DNA of 64,000 nucleotides, taken from assembly GCF_009914755.1 (NCBI RefSeq), contig NC_060928.1; one strand, given 5' to 3'. The first letter of the stretch is position 1. Every line of letters starts with the position of its first letter. A model generated the notes under the pieces. That model worked only from the letters and a program-made list of their open reading frames with translations. It was not told where the DNA came from and made no database searches. A program made the position numbers and the translations under genes. Shown here in pieces: positions 43,411 through 58,325 of this stretch. This DNA comes from the human T2T-CHM13v2.0 reference genome, Homo sapiens.

Positions 43411-45069
43411 TTCTTCATAAATCAAGAGAAGATGTTAGATTTTAAAGTCGTCTTTTCTCTATCTGACCAGATATCTACCTAATCCTGCAACGAAATTTTA
43501 TTAATTACAGAAGAGGTCAAATATTTCATCTTTACCAGAGATTCATTAATTTAAAATGTTCTAACCTCAAATTCACATTACAAAATCATAGCATTAGGTC
43601 TTTTTCAGATTTTAATAATTTCCCTAATTAACACAAATGATTTTAAAGGAAATTAATCAAGAAAAACTTTATTTCAGAGAGGTTCATGGAAGAGGAAAAT
43701 ATAGAGTGAACATTTACAAATAAAGACAAACATTATAGAAATGCAGAGTCATGACTGATGCATTCCAACCTTGTGCATGTCTGGAATACATCTGCAAATC
43801 ATCTGCTCAGCCTTCAGAATAGTCTGTACACACACACAGATACAGCCACACATACACCCAGAGAAACCCAGGCATTGTCAAGCCTGGAGGAAGCCAATGT
43901 TGACATGTCAGTCCTTTATCTGGTAAGAAAGAAGCATGAACTGCTCTATCACACTTAGTTTGTTTCTGATTTCTGGATCCTACTAAAAAGCAAGGAGGAT
44001 GAAATTTTTTTTCTTTTCTATTGATTCAGAATCTGGAATTTTGACTACAAAAAATTTTTTTTGGAAATCTTGCCATTAGTCTAAGGCAGGGGGTTACTTA
44101 GGGGTTAAAATCTATTAGCTGCTAATGTTTTTGGCTTAGTGAGAATAACAGGATTTGGGGTTCTGAAGGGAAATAGAGTTTGTAGCTTGCTTAAAACTTA
44201 CTGTAGACCCCCAAATATTAAGATTTTAACATTTGTATTATTAATGATAATATTATTCTTTTTAAATCTGCGTACTGTTTTTCTAAATGTTGGGTTCTAG
44301 AGAAATATATTTGAATTGCACTTGCAACTTCCATGAGTTTCTTACCAATAGTAAAGTTATATGGTAGGAATCCCAGATAATGGCTTCACAACTCAATTTG
44401 GAAGATTATATATAGTTTAAAGATGTTATGCTAAGTTTGCTTTAAGTGCTCCATTCAGCAAACTATGTGCAAAAAATGCAGATAGAATGATGGATAGTTA
44501 GATTAAATTATCGACTTTCTGAACTTTCCAGTTCTTACTCTGAAAGGATTTCAATTAAGGGGAAGAAGTAGTGTAGTCTTAATATAAAAGTATGAAGTAG
44601 GTTATAAATAAGCTTTTATTTTGTGAGTTTCTAATCAATAAGCTCATAATTCATGGTAACTCTTTTAGGCTAAATAAGATTATCAACATCATGACATTTT
44701 CTCCTTGCTAGATCTTCATTTTATATAGAGATTCTTCCCTTAGGAATAAAAAAAATCAGAGAAAAAATTTCATTATATATTAGGTACAGTAAATGAGTGA
44801 ATTATAACTATACCTTTATTAACATTTTAGTTGTATTACAGTCAACAAGGAAAAAATGGTCTAAGGAGATATATTATGTTTGCAATGTTAACTCTTTCAC
44901 ATAACCAGTCTCTTTTTTTTCCCCTGAGTAAATGCATTTTATCACATTTTCTTGCAAATTTGTATCTTCTTTTCTTCCCTGCACAAGAAAAGTTTAACCC
45001 ACTTACATTCTTTAAGAAAGCATTGATGAGACTAGAAATGATCAGTATTACAGATGTCAAATTAATGTA

Positions 45070-45480
45070 ACATATTCCTTCAATCCAACATGCATTGAGC
45101 ATCTACTACATGCCAGGTGCTCTGTTAGATGCTGGGGATACAAGTTAAATAAGATGCATAGGCCCTTAACTCAAGGAGGTGGCAATCTATTGGAGAAGAT
45201 ACTGACAAACAGAATAAAATGTGAGCTTTTTATTGTGGAAGTATAGCAGTTGGAACTCTTTGGTTGCAAATGACAGAAAACATGATTCAAACTGGCTTAA
45301 ACAACAAAGAAATGAACTGGTTCACATGACAAAATTGGAGAAGGGGGAATGGTACATACAGCGTATCTCAATCCAGAGATTCAAGTGACGTCACCGGGAT
45401 TGGTTTGTGCACCTATCTTAGGTCTACCTTCATCTGCATTGGATTTGTTCTCAAGCTCCAGTGAAGACTGGCAACTCCCA
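45070..45480 (-). mobile_element. L2 3' fragment followed by an old MaLR LTR fragment
   Basis: attgagcatctactacatgccagg...gctggggataca, then ggttgcaaatgacagaaaa...aactggcttaaacaa. Confidence 0.65.
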
Positions 45481-45559
45481 GCTCATTTCTTACTATGTAT
45501 TATTTGAGGAGATTACTCTTTTAGTAACTCACATTGACAGAAGGGTCAGATTTGTAGAA

Positions 45560-46650
45560 GTTAATAATGCATCTTTATTTTGTCTTTCCTTTCCTCTTGG
45601 TTCTGCACTTCTGCTTTCCAGAATCATATTTCTAAGTAAACTTCCGGTACATAAGTCTTTGTCTCAGGCTCTGCTTTGGAGAGACCCAACCTATGACTGG
45701 GATGTTATTCCAGCACACATTAACCCCTAAATTTGCCCCGATCTATTATTGCAGACTCCCAACAACCATGCGTCTACAATGTAGTCATGGTCCCCTGGTC
45801 ATACCTGATAAAACTAGGGAAAGAAGCCTAACAGACAAGGTGGGCAACTCAGAAATTTCCCCAGGGGTTGATGGGAAATGGACTGAGGAAAAGTTGTTCT
45901 CACTGTGGTGGACGAAGCTTAATGACTCGCTTTGCAACTTTACTGGAGCACATTCAGTGAGCTGATGGTCAGAACTGAGGAACTTCATCCATAAGCAGTT
46001 GTCAAACCATTGGGAGTTGGAAATAGACCACGGTGAAAGTACCTACATTAGAAAAATCAGCAACTGTTACAAATCCAGTCTTTTTCCACCCAGACAGCCA
46101 ATTTGCTAGCACACCACTGCCTTCTTCCCTTTGTAGTATTCTAACACCTGAGAAAGGATGAGTGCCTTTGTTCTGTTTACAGAGCAAAGTACAGATGAAG
46201 CAATACGGGTCAGGCAAAATCAAATAATCTCCAAACTAAGAGCTTTGTTAACTCCTGTTGGGGCACACAACTTTGGGCTGAGGTCTCTCCTGAAATGAAG
46301 ACCTCGCCTGAAACGAATTCTTCTTATGAAATAATTTTCTCTGGGCCCACAGGGCAGGTTCCAATTGATCTAGTAACCTATTATTGGGCTTAGAAACTAA
46401 ACTGAGCTTGCCAGAGACCATCTTTGGTCTGGTCTAGTTAGTACCAGGAGACAAAGGACAAGTGACAACACAGGTCCACAAATTAACAAAAGACAGGAGA
46501 GACATGGGACTGTGCCACCCACAATCTGAAGCCATGACCTCACCACTGCTTAGCAAACCTCAGTGTATTGCTTGATGTCACTAGTAACACAAACCAGTCC
46601 TCCTCCTATGAGGAGGAACATGCCACAGGAATAGGAAGAAGGATGGAATT
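45560..46650 (+). mobile_element. ERVL LTR16-like 3' end plus decayed internal sequence
   Basis: tgtctcaggctctgctttggagagacccaacctatgac resembles the LTR16 terminus. The internal assignment is tentative. Confidence 0.45.
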
Positions 46651-46658
46651 GCTTCCTC

Positions 46659-47230
46659 TGTTGGGGTTCAGAAACCAAAACATGGCACTTCGATATGCTG
46701 AACTGAAGAAGCAGCCTTAAGGTTTATTTGACCTTCCCCCTACCTCCTTTCGCTCAATCCTGTCTCTCTCAAAGCACAAGGTGAAGTTGTTCTCTGAAGA
46801 TCCCTTGTCTGCCTGAAGTCTAGACCTGGCAATAAAGGAAACAATGACCACTGTTTTCTTCTTTGAATTTTTATTAACCGAACTAATACACAGGAAGAAA
46901 AGCTGAAGTCTGTCAACAAACCTGGACAGAATTTTGTCACAAACCATCGTAGGCTCTTCAGGCCCAATAGATTTTGTCCCAGGCCATTATATGTTCTCTA
47001 AGCCCATTGAATTCCCCTGAAAATCAGTTACTACCCTCCAAAAATCATCCACACTTTTCCATTTCCCTTCCCCAGTTACCCACTGGGATACTGGGTAATC
47101 ACTCTGTGGTTTTTCTCCTGTGCACACTAATAAATTTGGATGCCATTTCTCCTATTAATCTGCCTTTCGTCAGTCGATTGTTCAGCAAACCTTCAGAGGG
47201 CAAAGGAAGAGTTTTACCTTGGCTCTTACA
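46659..47230 (+). mobile_element. ERV1 solo LTR (MER39/MER34 group)
   Basis: tgttggggttcagaaa...atgctgaactgaagaagc, AATAAA at about 47129, ends cttaca. 4-bp flanks cctc/cctt. Confidence 0.75.
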
Positions 47231-47473
47231 CCTTCAATACTGCTTCCTTCTGGAGAGAAAAGGAGAAGAGTCTACTCCTCAATAAAAATTTGCAGCTGCC
47301 ATGTTATCTGCCATGAGATCTGAGGAGCAGAGGAAGCCACTGCTGAAGGGAAGAATGAAGCACAACATGAGATGGAGAGCACTGCTGCTTTAGGTTCCTG
47401 GTAGCTTTCAGTTCCTTCGGAGGCCCAGCACGTAAAGCACTTAGTACAGTATGGAGAATGGCATTCTATGAAA

Positions 47474-47533
47474 GTTGATGACTATTAATGCCAGCATACT
47501 ATTGTCGATGACTATTAATGCCAGCATACTATT
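47474..47533. repeat. 30-bp tandem duplication (2 copies, 1 mismatch)
   Basis: gttgatgactattaatgccagcatactatt followed by gtcgatgactattaatgccagcatactatt. Confidence 0.95.
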
Positions 47534-47669
47534 TCAGAGATTGTAATTTTTAATTCATTTAGTCAATCTCCTCCTACTAAATATTTAGACTGCACTTTTA
47601 GTTCTCTCTCCAATATATGTATATATATCAGAGAAAGAGAATTATATAATCGTGTGTTTGTGTGTGTGT

Positions 47670-48044
47670 GTAATTATTCTGGCACTCATTAAGCCAGTAA
47701 GGAAGACTTTATTCAAGACTATTTATAGCCAAGGAACAGAGTGAGGGGATCAGTGGATGGAAAATTACTAAGAGGAGACATCAAGGTAGGAGGATTCTTA
47801 CTAAACTGACCTAACAGGATTCTTGCTAAAGGTGGGCCAAGGACTTATAAATCAAAGGTAGGGGATGAACTTGGTCACATATCAAGGGTGACCCAATATG
47901 AGTGGGACAGGGGGAGGGCACAGATTTTTACTGAACTGGGCTATGCAAGAACAGGACACGCATACAGGAAGCCAAGGTCAGAGCTAGTTGAGAAGAGGAC
48001 TCAAAAGCATAACTAAAATTTGGTCAAGGAGGGAGTCTTCGTTG
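47670..48044 (-). mobile_element. ERV1 LTR (MER31/MER67 group)
   Basis: ctaaaatttggtcaaggagggagtctt is the reverse of the recalled MER31 start. Contains aacaggattcttgctaaa. Confidence 0.7.
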
Positions 48045-48999
48045 AGAGAGAAAAAAATTTTTTTGATTAAAACAAATGTCTAGTAATACAATTCAGTGAA
48101 CATGTATGAAGCATTTTCATAATTTTTGTTACACAGTATCAATGGATTTTTTAAAGAATTGAGCCTATTTGCAGTACAAATACGTGACAGTATGAGTTTG
48201 TCCAATTTTTCACAGCCTTTTTTGATCAATTCATAATATATGTAAGTATACAGAATTCTTCAGCCATTCAGAAAAGAAAAGGTGTAAGCACAATCATCCA
48301 ATTTTTTTGTTTTATGAACAAAATTGGATGTTTTCCTCATTAAACTTACAGTGCTTTTGAAGTTATTTTGGAGTTGCAGCTTCTGTAACAGAGGTCAGGC
48401 ATTCTTGTTCTCTTTGTTGTCTGAAGTACACTCTGGAGTTTATCTTATATGAAATGGTTTCTACTTTCTAACCATTTGTTCCAGTAAAATCTAGACCACT
48501 GCTACATGCAAGAGAATCAATTTCCTGATATTAATAGTCTGCATGTTTGTTTTTTTCTAACTGACCCAATCAGGAGCAAGGTAACTCCTCAGTCACAGTT
48601 TATTTTTCTGCCCAGCCTTTGAACCATTTACTAGGTATTTATCTAGTCATTTTCTTCATTCAGCTTCCTTCCCATGTGCCTTATATATAATCACTTGAAG
48701 CAGCACAGCAGACGCAGGTTTAATAAGATAGCTCTCACTATCTTTGCCAGATGCAACGTTTTCCAGTTTTCTCTTAGAAAATGCAAACAATTGGAAACAG
48801 TTATAACAACGCAGTTTACCCCACACAGATAACTCGAACACTATCACTAGAGGATTCCACAGTGAAGTGCCCATGGTATGGAGAACAATATTTCCCTGTT
48901 CTTTCACTGAAATACCTCTGCATTATTTTCCTAAAACAGAGAACTACTAACTTGGACAAAGGGCAGGCAGTTCATGCCATCCATCCTGTGCAGTCACAA

Positions 49000-49275
49000 T
49001 AGCTAATTATAACAGCCAACCTTTATTGAGCCCTGGCAATATGCTGGTCTCTGTTTTAAGCATTTTCATGTGCTTAAAATGTAATTAAATTTCATTTAAA
49101 ATTAACTCAATTAATTCTCTCTAAACCTACGAAGTGAGCATCATCAGTATCCCATTGTACAGATGAAGAAACTGAGGAACCAAGAAGTTAAAAACTTTGC
49201 TCAAGGTCACATAACAAGTAAGGGGCAGAGCTAAGTTTCAAACTCAGACCCTTTGATTCCAGACACCAAGTTCTT
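49000..49275 (-). mobile_element. MIR
   Basis: acagatgaagaaactgagg...tgctcaaggtcaca. Confidence 0.8.
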
Positions 49276-49309
49276 AGATGTCTATCTCAAGGACAAGAAA
49301 GAAACAATA

Positions 49310-49460
49310 GGCCGGGCATAGTGGCTCAGGCTTGTAATTCCAGCTCTTCAGGAGGCCAAGGTGGGAGGATCCCTTGAGCTCAGAAGTTCAAGACCAGCCT
49401 GGGCAATATAGTGAGACCCCCATCTCTATAAAAAACATAATAATTTTTGTAAAAAAATTA
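49310..49460 (+). mobile_element. FLAM (free left Alu monomer)
   Basis: Single monomer with atagtgagacccc and its own tail. Flanked by aagaaacaa repeats. Confidence 0.85.
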
Positions 49461-50039
49461 AGAAACAAACAATAAAGCCAAATTTTCCGCAATGACACAT
49501 TAGTGATGTTTCCATTTACTTATCTAAAACCTTAAAAACACATTCATAAATTCATTCCAACTGCTCTAGGAACTTCCATTAGCTCACAATCCAACCTCTA
49601 AAACTTTGTATTTATCCCAAACTCTAAAAACTTAAATATTTTACGCTTCATTGGTTCTTTGGGGTTACTTTAAAAGCCAGTAATATACTTTGTCATTCTT
49701 AGATGTCAGGCAAGTTCAAATTTATTGTCAGTCCTTGTCTTCCTAAGTTGAAGCTCACTCATTTGCTAATATGCCCTTACACAGCAGCTCTGCTGTCCTT
49801 TTTCCATGTAATTGTTAGACTTTCCCTAACATCTTTACACATTTTTTTTAAGATGTGTTGACCGGAACTACAAAGAATATTACTGGCTTATATGTAAAAG
49901 GTCCTTGCTGAAGTATAGGGAAATTTTATTTTGTTTTTACTATACCTCTCATGATGAGTGTTCTTGACCTTTTTGGCAATGGAGACACACATTGTCTCTC
50001 CTTGGAAATCTATGTCTCCAGGATCATAATGAAATGTCT

Positions 50040-50500
50040 AGAACTGTGATATCATGGAAAGAACTCTAGCCTGTACATGGGTATCCCAGGCCCAGTTCCC
50101 TGCTTTGCCAACTTTCAAAAGTGTGATTATGGAGAATTATTTAAACCTTGACTTCCTTACCCACAAAAGGGAACACTGATGAACCACTCTATATGGGTGG
50201 TTAAGGACATAGATATTGAAGCCAAACCACCTGGTTCAAAATCTAGCTTACTTGTCTATGGGTGTTAACTTGGGCAACTTACTTCACCTTTTTGTTCCTC
50301 AGTTTCCTCATCAGCAAATGAAAATTATAACACTAATACCTACTTTCAAGCATCAAATGGTTGTTAAAACCATCAGATGAGTTAATAAATGTAAAGCACT
50401 GAGAATCTAGAACATTGTCTGTAACAGTAAGTGTTAATTATTGTTACATTACAAGGATACCATGAGAATGAATTAACATGTAGTGCCTGAACTATTAGTA
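50040..50500 (+). mobile_element. Nested MIRs
   Basis: cttgggcaacttacttcacct...cctcagtttcctcatc. Confidence 0.75.
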
Positions 50501-50932
50501 CACACCTAAACACCAGTTCATTTATGCAGTCATCTACAGTGACCACTTAGTACATGCAAGGCAGTATGCTAGACACAGGCATATAAACCAAAAAGTCACT
50601 TGTCCTCACTAGTTATATTTTCATAAGAAAAGAAAATAATAAACCAGTAAATAAATATACCACAAAATAATAACCACAAGATAATAAATATACCAAGGCT
50701 CAAAACTATTACTACTAAAAAAAAAAAAAAAAAAAAGAATGGCGTTCTGAGAGTACTCATGATGTCACAGAACCTGAATCTGTCTGAGTCCAAACTCCCA
50801 GGCTTTTTCCGTGACTTTTTACAACCTTCTAGCAAACAATTTCTACAAAGAGTGAAAAGTATCAAGATGGAGGCTTGCACCTGTGGTGGCAGTTTATTTT
50901 TTCCAAATGCATTTTCTTTCTCTTGCCATTAG

Positions 50933-51076
50933 CCTCAAGGCCTATATATGGACCTCTCCTCAGGCAAAGAATCATCTGATCCCAGGCATACCTGCAGTTC
51001 CCCCGCAGCTGGTACACACGCTGCACAAGCCCAGTGCTTTGGATGCGAGAGTTGACTTTGAAGATACCTACTTTAG
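50933..51076 (+). other. Candidate 144-nt exon, open in one frame
   Basis: Acceptor ttttctttctcttgccattag| and donor TAG|GTAAGC. A further branch point and acceptor lie at 51322-51356. No recognised protein. Confidence 0.4.
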
Positions 51077-51545
51077 GTAAGCATCTCATTACGATGAGTA
51101 GAATAATTAACAACCACAGTAAGTGCTTTTCTGTACTAAAAATCTTAATAACTTTCGGCACGTTAAAAATAGCCAAAATGTTCTAATAAAAAATATGCTG
51201 TTGAGTTAATAACAATTAAGTGAAAAGCAGATAAAAATAAAATTAACAAGTGATCCAACCCCTTCATAAATTTACACATGGGTGATCTCAGTAAAACGTT
51301 TGTTTTTGTTTTGTTTTAAGACCTAACTGAACTGTGATAATTGCTTTCTCTTTCAGGAGCAGTTACAAATATTTTGTGGCAGGAAGTCTTCCCTTAAGTG
51401 CTGAGTCTGCACCGCGACAAACACACTTTTAAAGAAGAAAACTGTATAAGCAGCAATGTCTTCATAGCCAACCACTGGTTCAATCATTTAAAAAGTTTTT
51501 AATCAAGGACCCCTAGAAGGGAGTTTCCTTTATAAAAAGCCCTCT

Positions 51546-51874
<329 letters not shown>

Positions 51875-52069
51875 CTAAGCCTGAGCAACCTTAGAAAAGA
51901 AAGAAGGAAACAAAGATGTGAAAAATTTATTTTGCATAGACTCAGTCAGAAAGTAGTGAGAAGTCTGGTCACAGAATAATTTTATTTAGGAAAACAGAAA
52001 TCTATGGGACAATAAATTCTATAGCTACATGGAAAATGGAAATAACAATGGCAGCTTATGTCCTTTAAA

Positions 52070-52233
52070 GCCATGCTTCCGAGACTCTAACATGCATATG
52101 AATCACCTGGGGATCTTATTAAAATGCAGATTCTGATTCAGTACTTCTGGGGTAGAGCCTGAGATTCAGTAAATCTCACAAGCTCCTTGGTGATGCCAAT
52201 GCTGCTGACCCCTGAACCACACTTTGACCAGCA
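52070..52233. mobile_element. MER5A
   Basis: gaatcacctggggatcttattaaaatgcagattctgattcagta. Confidence 0.85.
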
Positions 52234-52411
52234 AAAACACATTTGCTTATTGTAAAGGTTATATCCACTGTTAAGTTTAAACACCATTTCATAAATTAAT
52301 GTGAAGAAGAGTTAGGAATTAATTGTTCATTCAATCAACATCATTGAGCTTACTATATGCTAGGCCTTATGGCGGGTACTAAACATTCAACAGTAACTAA
52401 AGCAAAAAGTA

Positions 52412-52772
<361 letters not shown>

Positions 52773-52856
52773 TCAAAATGTATCAATCATGCTTCTCGTG
52801 TTAAGTTTTTCTTGATGTAACATTTTTAAGAATGCCTCAATTCAGATTGTTTACAC

Positions 52857-53147
<291 letters not shown>

Positions 53148-53713
53148 TGTTTACACTTTAAAAATAATTGGCAATTTAATCCAGTGAATTAGCATTGCTC
53201 TATTTTATATGAACTAGTAATAAAATTTTAAAGGTTTTCATATGCATGGCATAGTTTACCAGCAGCTAGCTACCTTATTGCAAATGTTACTGGGTCATTT
53301 CAATTAAAATTAAAGCAAATAGGAAAGTGGCAAGAAATGTTTCATTTAATTTTGGCTTAGTGTGGCCAAGTTCTCCAGGTGAATGTCATGGCTTCTGCCT
53401 CAAATTTGTATGTATAGTACAGATAGTAGAAAAACTTATACTCATCAAAGAGTTCATCTTTTTTTTTCCTCATGAGCATGAACTACCGCCCTGCTGCATA
53501 TTAAATGGCAAAACAGAATCACCAGAAAGTTTCAAAATCCTAACAGGTTAGACATACTAAGAGAACAGATGACCTACTCAAGATTATTTTGCTTCCCCAA
53601 AAATGGATAACTCTCAGCAAGAAGGGAGAATAAGTACATGAAGGGCCATGTATATTCACAAAGAGCATCTGAACCAAGTCTTTGCTTACCAGATTTTACC
53701 TTTTTAAAAGATG

Positions 53714-53728
53714 CCAGGAGGTGGCAGC
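53714..53728 (+). promoter_or_regulatory. CTCF-like motif
   Basis: ccaggaggtggcagc, close to the CTCF core, in non-repeat sequence. Confidence 0.4.
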
Positions 53729-53946
53729 ATTTGTTGCAGCTGTGTGAGTTTACTCATTAAAGCACAGGTTCTCAGAAAGTCTGGTGTATCAGATTTGGAG
53801 GAGAAGGGTTGGTGACAAGCATAAGGTGGCAGGAGTCTGTTCGGATTAAAAAGGCATTGGGACAATATTATAACACAATATTATACTTGAAAGCAAAATA
53901 AATCTGGTGTCATTGGTGTTCTATTAAATCTTAAAATCTTGGGTAG

Positions 53947-55108
53947 CCATATACAAAAATTAACTCAAGGTGGATTTAAAGACTTAAAAAACCTAAAACT
54001 ACAAAAACCCTGGAAGATAACCTAGGAAATACTATTCTGGATATAGGATCCGGCAAAGATTTCATGATGAAGACGCCAAAGCAATTGCAACAAAAACAAA
54101 AATTGACAAATGGGACCTAATTAAAATAAAGTGCTTCTGAACAGCAAAAGAAACTATCAACAGAATAAACAGACAACCTACGGAATGGGATAAAATATTT
54201 GCAAACTATGCATCTGAAAAAGGTCTAATATCCAGAATCTATAAGGAATTTAAGCAAAAAAACCAAACAACTCCATTTTAAAACGTGGGTAAAGGACATG
54301 AACAGACACTTCGAAAGACATACTTGTGATCAACAAGGATATGAAAAAATGCTCAACATCACTTATCATTACAGAAATGCAAATCAAAACCACAATGAGA
54401 TACCATCACACACCAGTCAGAATGGCTATTGATAAAAAGTCAAAAAATAACAGATGCTAGTGAGGTTGCAGGGAAAAGGGAATGTTTATACACTCTTGGT
54501 GGGAATGTAAATTAGTTTGGACATTGTGGAAAGCAGTTTGACGATTTCTCAAATAACTTAAAACAGAATTGCCATTCGACCCAGCAATCCCATTATTGAG
54601 TATATACCCAAAGGAATATGTTAAATAAATTGTTCTACCATGAAGACACATGCACGCATATGTTCTTCATAGCACTATTCACAAGGGCAAAAACATGGAA
54701 TCAACCTAAGTGCCCATCAACGGTGGATTGCATAAAGAAAATGTACTACATATACACTATGGAGTACTATAGAGCCATAAAAAAGAACGTGACCATGTCC
54801 TTTGCAGCAACTTAGATGGAGCTGGAAGCCAGTATCCTAAGCAAACTAACACAGGAACAGAAAACCAAATACCACATGTTCTCACTTATAAGTGGGAATT
54901 AAGTGTTGATTAAATATAGACACAAAGAAAGGAACAATAGACACTGGGGCCTACTTGAGGGTGGAGGATGGGAGGAGGGTAAGGATCAGGTACTATGTTT
55001 ATTACCTGGGTGATGAAATAATCTGTACACCAAACTCCTGTGACACATAATTTATCTATAAAAGAAACTTGCACATGTACCCCTGAACCTAAAATAAAAG
55101 TTTTTAAA
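53947..55108 (+). mobile_element. L1PA15/16-like 3' end
   Basis: ORF2 C-terminus and 3'UTR (ggcctacttgagggtggagg, tacccctgaacctaaaataaaag). TSD aaaatctt..gtag at 53933-53946 and 55109-55122. Confidence 0.9.
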
Positions 55109-55273
55109 AAAATCTTCAGTAGTGGGAATATACAGAACTTATCTGCATCTTCAAAGAACAGAGTGAGAAAGACAAAGGAGAGCCTGGATTTTAACTGAGA
55201 GGCATATGACTAAAGTGTAGTTCCAGAACTGTCTCTATAAACAATTTCCTTCACACATCATTATATTTGCTAA

Positions 55274-55631
<358 letters not shown>

Positions 55632-57577
55632 TATTTCCATTTTTTAACCCATTCCCACTGCTGAGAAAGATTTGCTCAGGGGCAGCTGTTATTTCACTAA
55701 CCAATAGCAGTGCAATTTTTGCTTCTCATACTTTTGTCATAGGAAAATCATTACAAATATAACAGCCATAAATGTCTCGGAAATCATAGCAGATGAACCT
55801 GGCAGCCAGATAATCAGGAATGAAGTGCCCTTTCTAAGAGTTCAGTCTAAGAATAAGAATCACAATGAACGTGATTATTCTAGTTGCCACAGCCCCACGC
55901 AGTGTTCAGTTTTAAAGGCTTCCCGCCTTATCATCAATCAGTCTCTTTACCTATATTCCTACTTAGAAAGATATTCAACATATGCATCACTATTTTTAAA
56001 TTATGAATTAGGACACATTAGATAAAAGAAACTCTTTTTTAGTTTTTTTTAAAAAGTTGATCTGCATTTATCCTGTTGAGATACACTTTTAAGACTTGAG
56101 AATATATACATTAAAAGCCCTACTATCCTTTTCTATAAAATTCTACCTCATGATCAGTGTACTATTTTCATTATTAGAACAGATATCAAAACTTCAGAAA
56201 CCAAAATTTATTCTGGGATAATGTATTCATTTTTTTAAAATCTTGTGAATTCTTCATCTACAGTAAACTAAAAGATGAACAATGAATCATGTGTGGCTTG
56301 GTATGATTCAAAATTCTGAAGAATAGACTTGTTAATTGTCACATATTCTTTCCTAGGAAAGAATATGTGTAATGTTGTGACCCAAACCGCTTTCAAAAAA
56401 TCCACCAAATTCTACTAATACTAAGGTTTCAAATGGGAAATTTAGAGCTAGAAAAGGTACATAGAGATAATATAATCCAACATTTTTATATGACAGATGG
56501 GAAAATTTAAAGAATTCAATCAAAAACATTTGTAATTTTAAGAATGTTATTTGCTACATCCATATAGATGATTACTATGTATACTTTACATAAGAATTTT
56601 TAAATATTTGCTTTTGATGTCTTCCTTCTTTTTAGGCAAAAAAAGTCTATATTGCTAAAAATAAGAATAAACTATGAATTGCATATAGCCATATGTTTCA
56701 TTGTTTGATATGACTGTTTCATGAGATTCTATCTGGCTCAATATGATGCAGGTTTAACTACAGCGGGCTTAAGAAAAGATACCAATATCTATGAATCTGT
56801 ATAGCTTGGAAAAAGGAGAAAATGCTTAGGGTGGCACAAATATTTGGAAAAGCAAGAGAAAAAAATGGAATAATACAATTTTGTGGCAACATGAAGTGCA
56901 AGCAAAACCTGCTTATGTCAGTTATTAGAAATCAAGGGGAGAAAAATACATTTGGTAACAATAGGAAATTAAAGAGAGATTTTTTTTTTAGGGACTTTTT
57001 AGGAAGCAGGTTAGATTTGCCTAAGTTGCTTCTCTCCAACTTTCCATTAAAATACCTATGAATGTCATTTTTTTTAAACTGGCAATAGTTCTGTAACTCA
57101 GAAGACTTTATGCCAAATTTGGGGTGGAATTTTCACTAAAGATGGTGTCAAGGGAGATGGATAGACTATTTAGCAATTTCTTCCACATCCTGAGCCATAC
57201 AGGCAGTCCTGAAGAAGATGGAAACATACTTCAACTCATCATCTATTTGGTAAATCGATTAATTTCACTTATCTTCAAAATGTAGGCACTGAACACTTAC
57301 ACATTCCTCAAACACATAAAAATAGGTATCTAATACCCTCCACCACAATTCAGACCACAAGTGAGGGAGGAAGCCCAAAAGTTGGACATAAAAATACATA
57401 TACTTGGGAGGAAATGTATTCATAGACTTCAATATATAATTTATGTAAGCAGGCAATTGCATTTTTAAATTATCAATGTGTTTTCCTCATTCTTTTTTGA
57501 GACACATGACTTTCACTTAGTCTTCCCTAAGTAATTACTTGCCTGGGTTACAAAATAAATGCAAAAAGAACTGGAAA

Positions 57578-57895
57578 GGTCATGGTGGTGCATGCTTGTA
57601 ATCCCATCGCTTTAGGAGGCCTAGCTGGGCAGATTGTTTGGCCCCAGGAATTCAAGATCAGCCTGGCCAACATGGCAAAACCCTATCTCTAAGACAAAAC
57701 AAAAATTAGCCAGGCATGGTGATGCATATGTCTGTAGTCTAAGCTACTTCAGGAAGGGGAGCAGGGAGGGGCTGAGGCAGGAGGATCACTTGCCCCCAGG
57801 AGGTTGAGGCTACAGTGAGCCATGATGGGGCCGCTGCACTACAGCCTGAGCAACAAACCGAGACCCTGTCTCAAAATAAAAAAGAAGAAGAAGAA
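57578..57895 (+). mobile_element. AluJ with small G/A-rich internal insertion
   Basis: Diverged J body. TSD aagaactgg. Confidence 0.88.
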
Positions 57896-58325
57896 AAAGA
57901 AGAACTGGGGTATCACCAACAGTTGCATCCAAATATAAGATTTTGTAGCAAGACAATGAACAGTCATGTAAGTCAGTTTAGACCATAAAGTTTTACGTCA
58001 GTAAAAGGAAAGTTCTCCTAGGCCCTGGGAAGAAAAGGAGCTAGAATAGCCAGAAGAGCAAGATTATATTGTAAATATTATAATACAGTTATTAAACTGA
58101 ATGCAAAAGCCAAAAAAACTTGATATGAAATTGATATATTTCTTTTAAAAATAAATATTATACCAGCTCCATAAGCCCTGTTACATGACAAAGACTGAAA
58201 TGCTGGGGGTGGGGAATTGGAGTTAAAGTAAAGTTCTGCTTTCCCAAGCTCCTTTGACCACATCCCACAAATGTTAATAGGAAGTAGAGTGAGTTTAAAT
58301 TTTAGTCACAAACTCGAATGCAGCA

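Noticed and set aside
50862-51176. 104-aa minus-strand ORF overlapping the candidate exon
   Set aside because: It has a non-ATG start and no recognisable homology. The + strand splice signals are more complete, although a minus-strand donor CAG|GTATGC exists near 50990.
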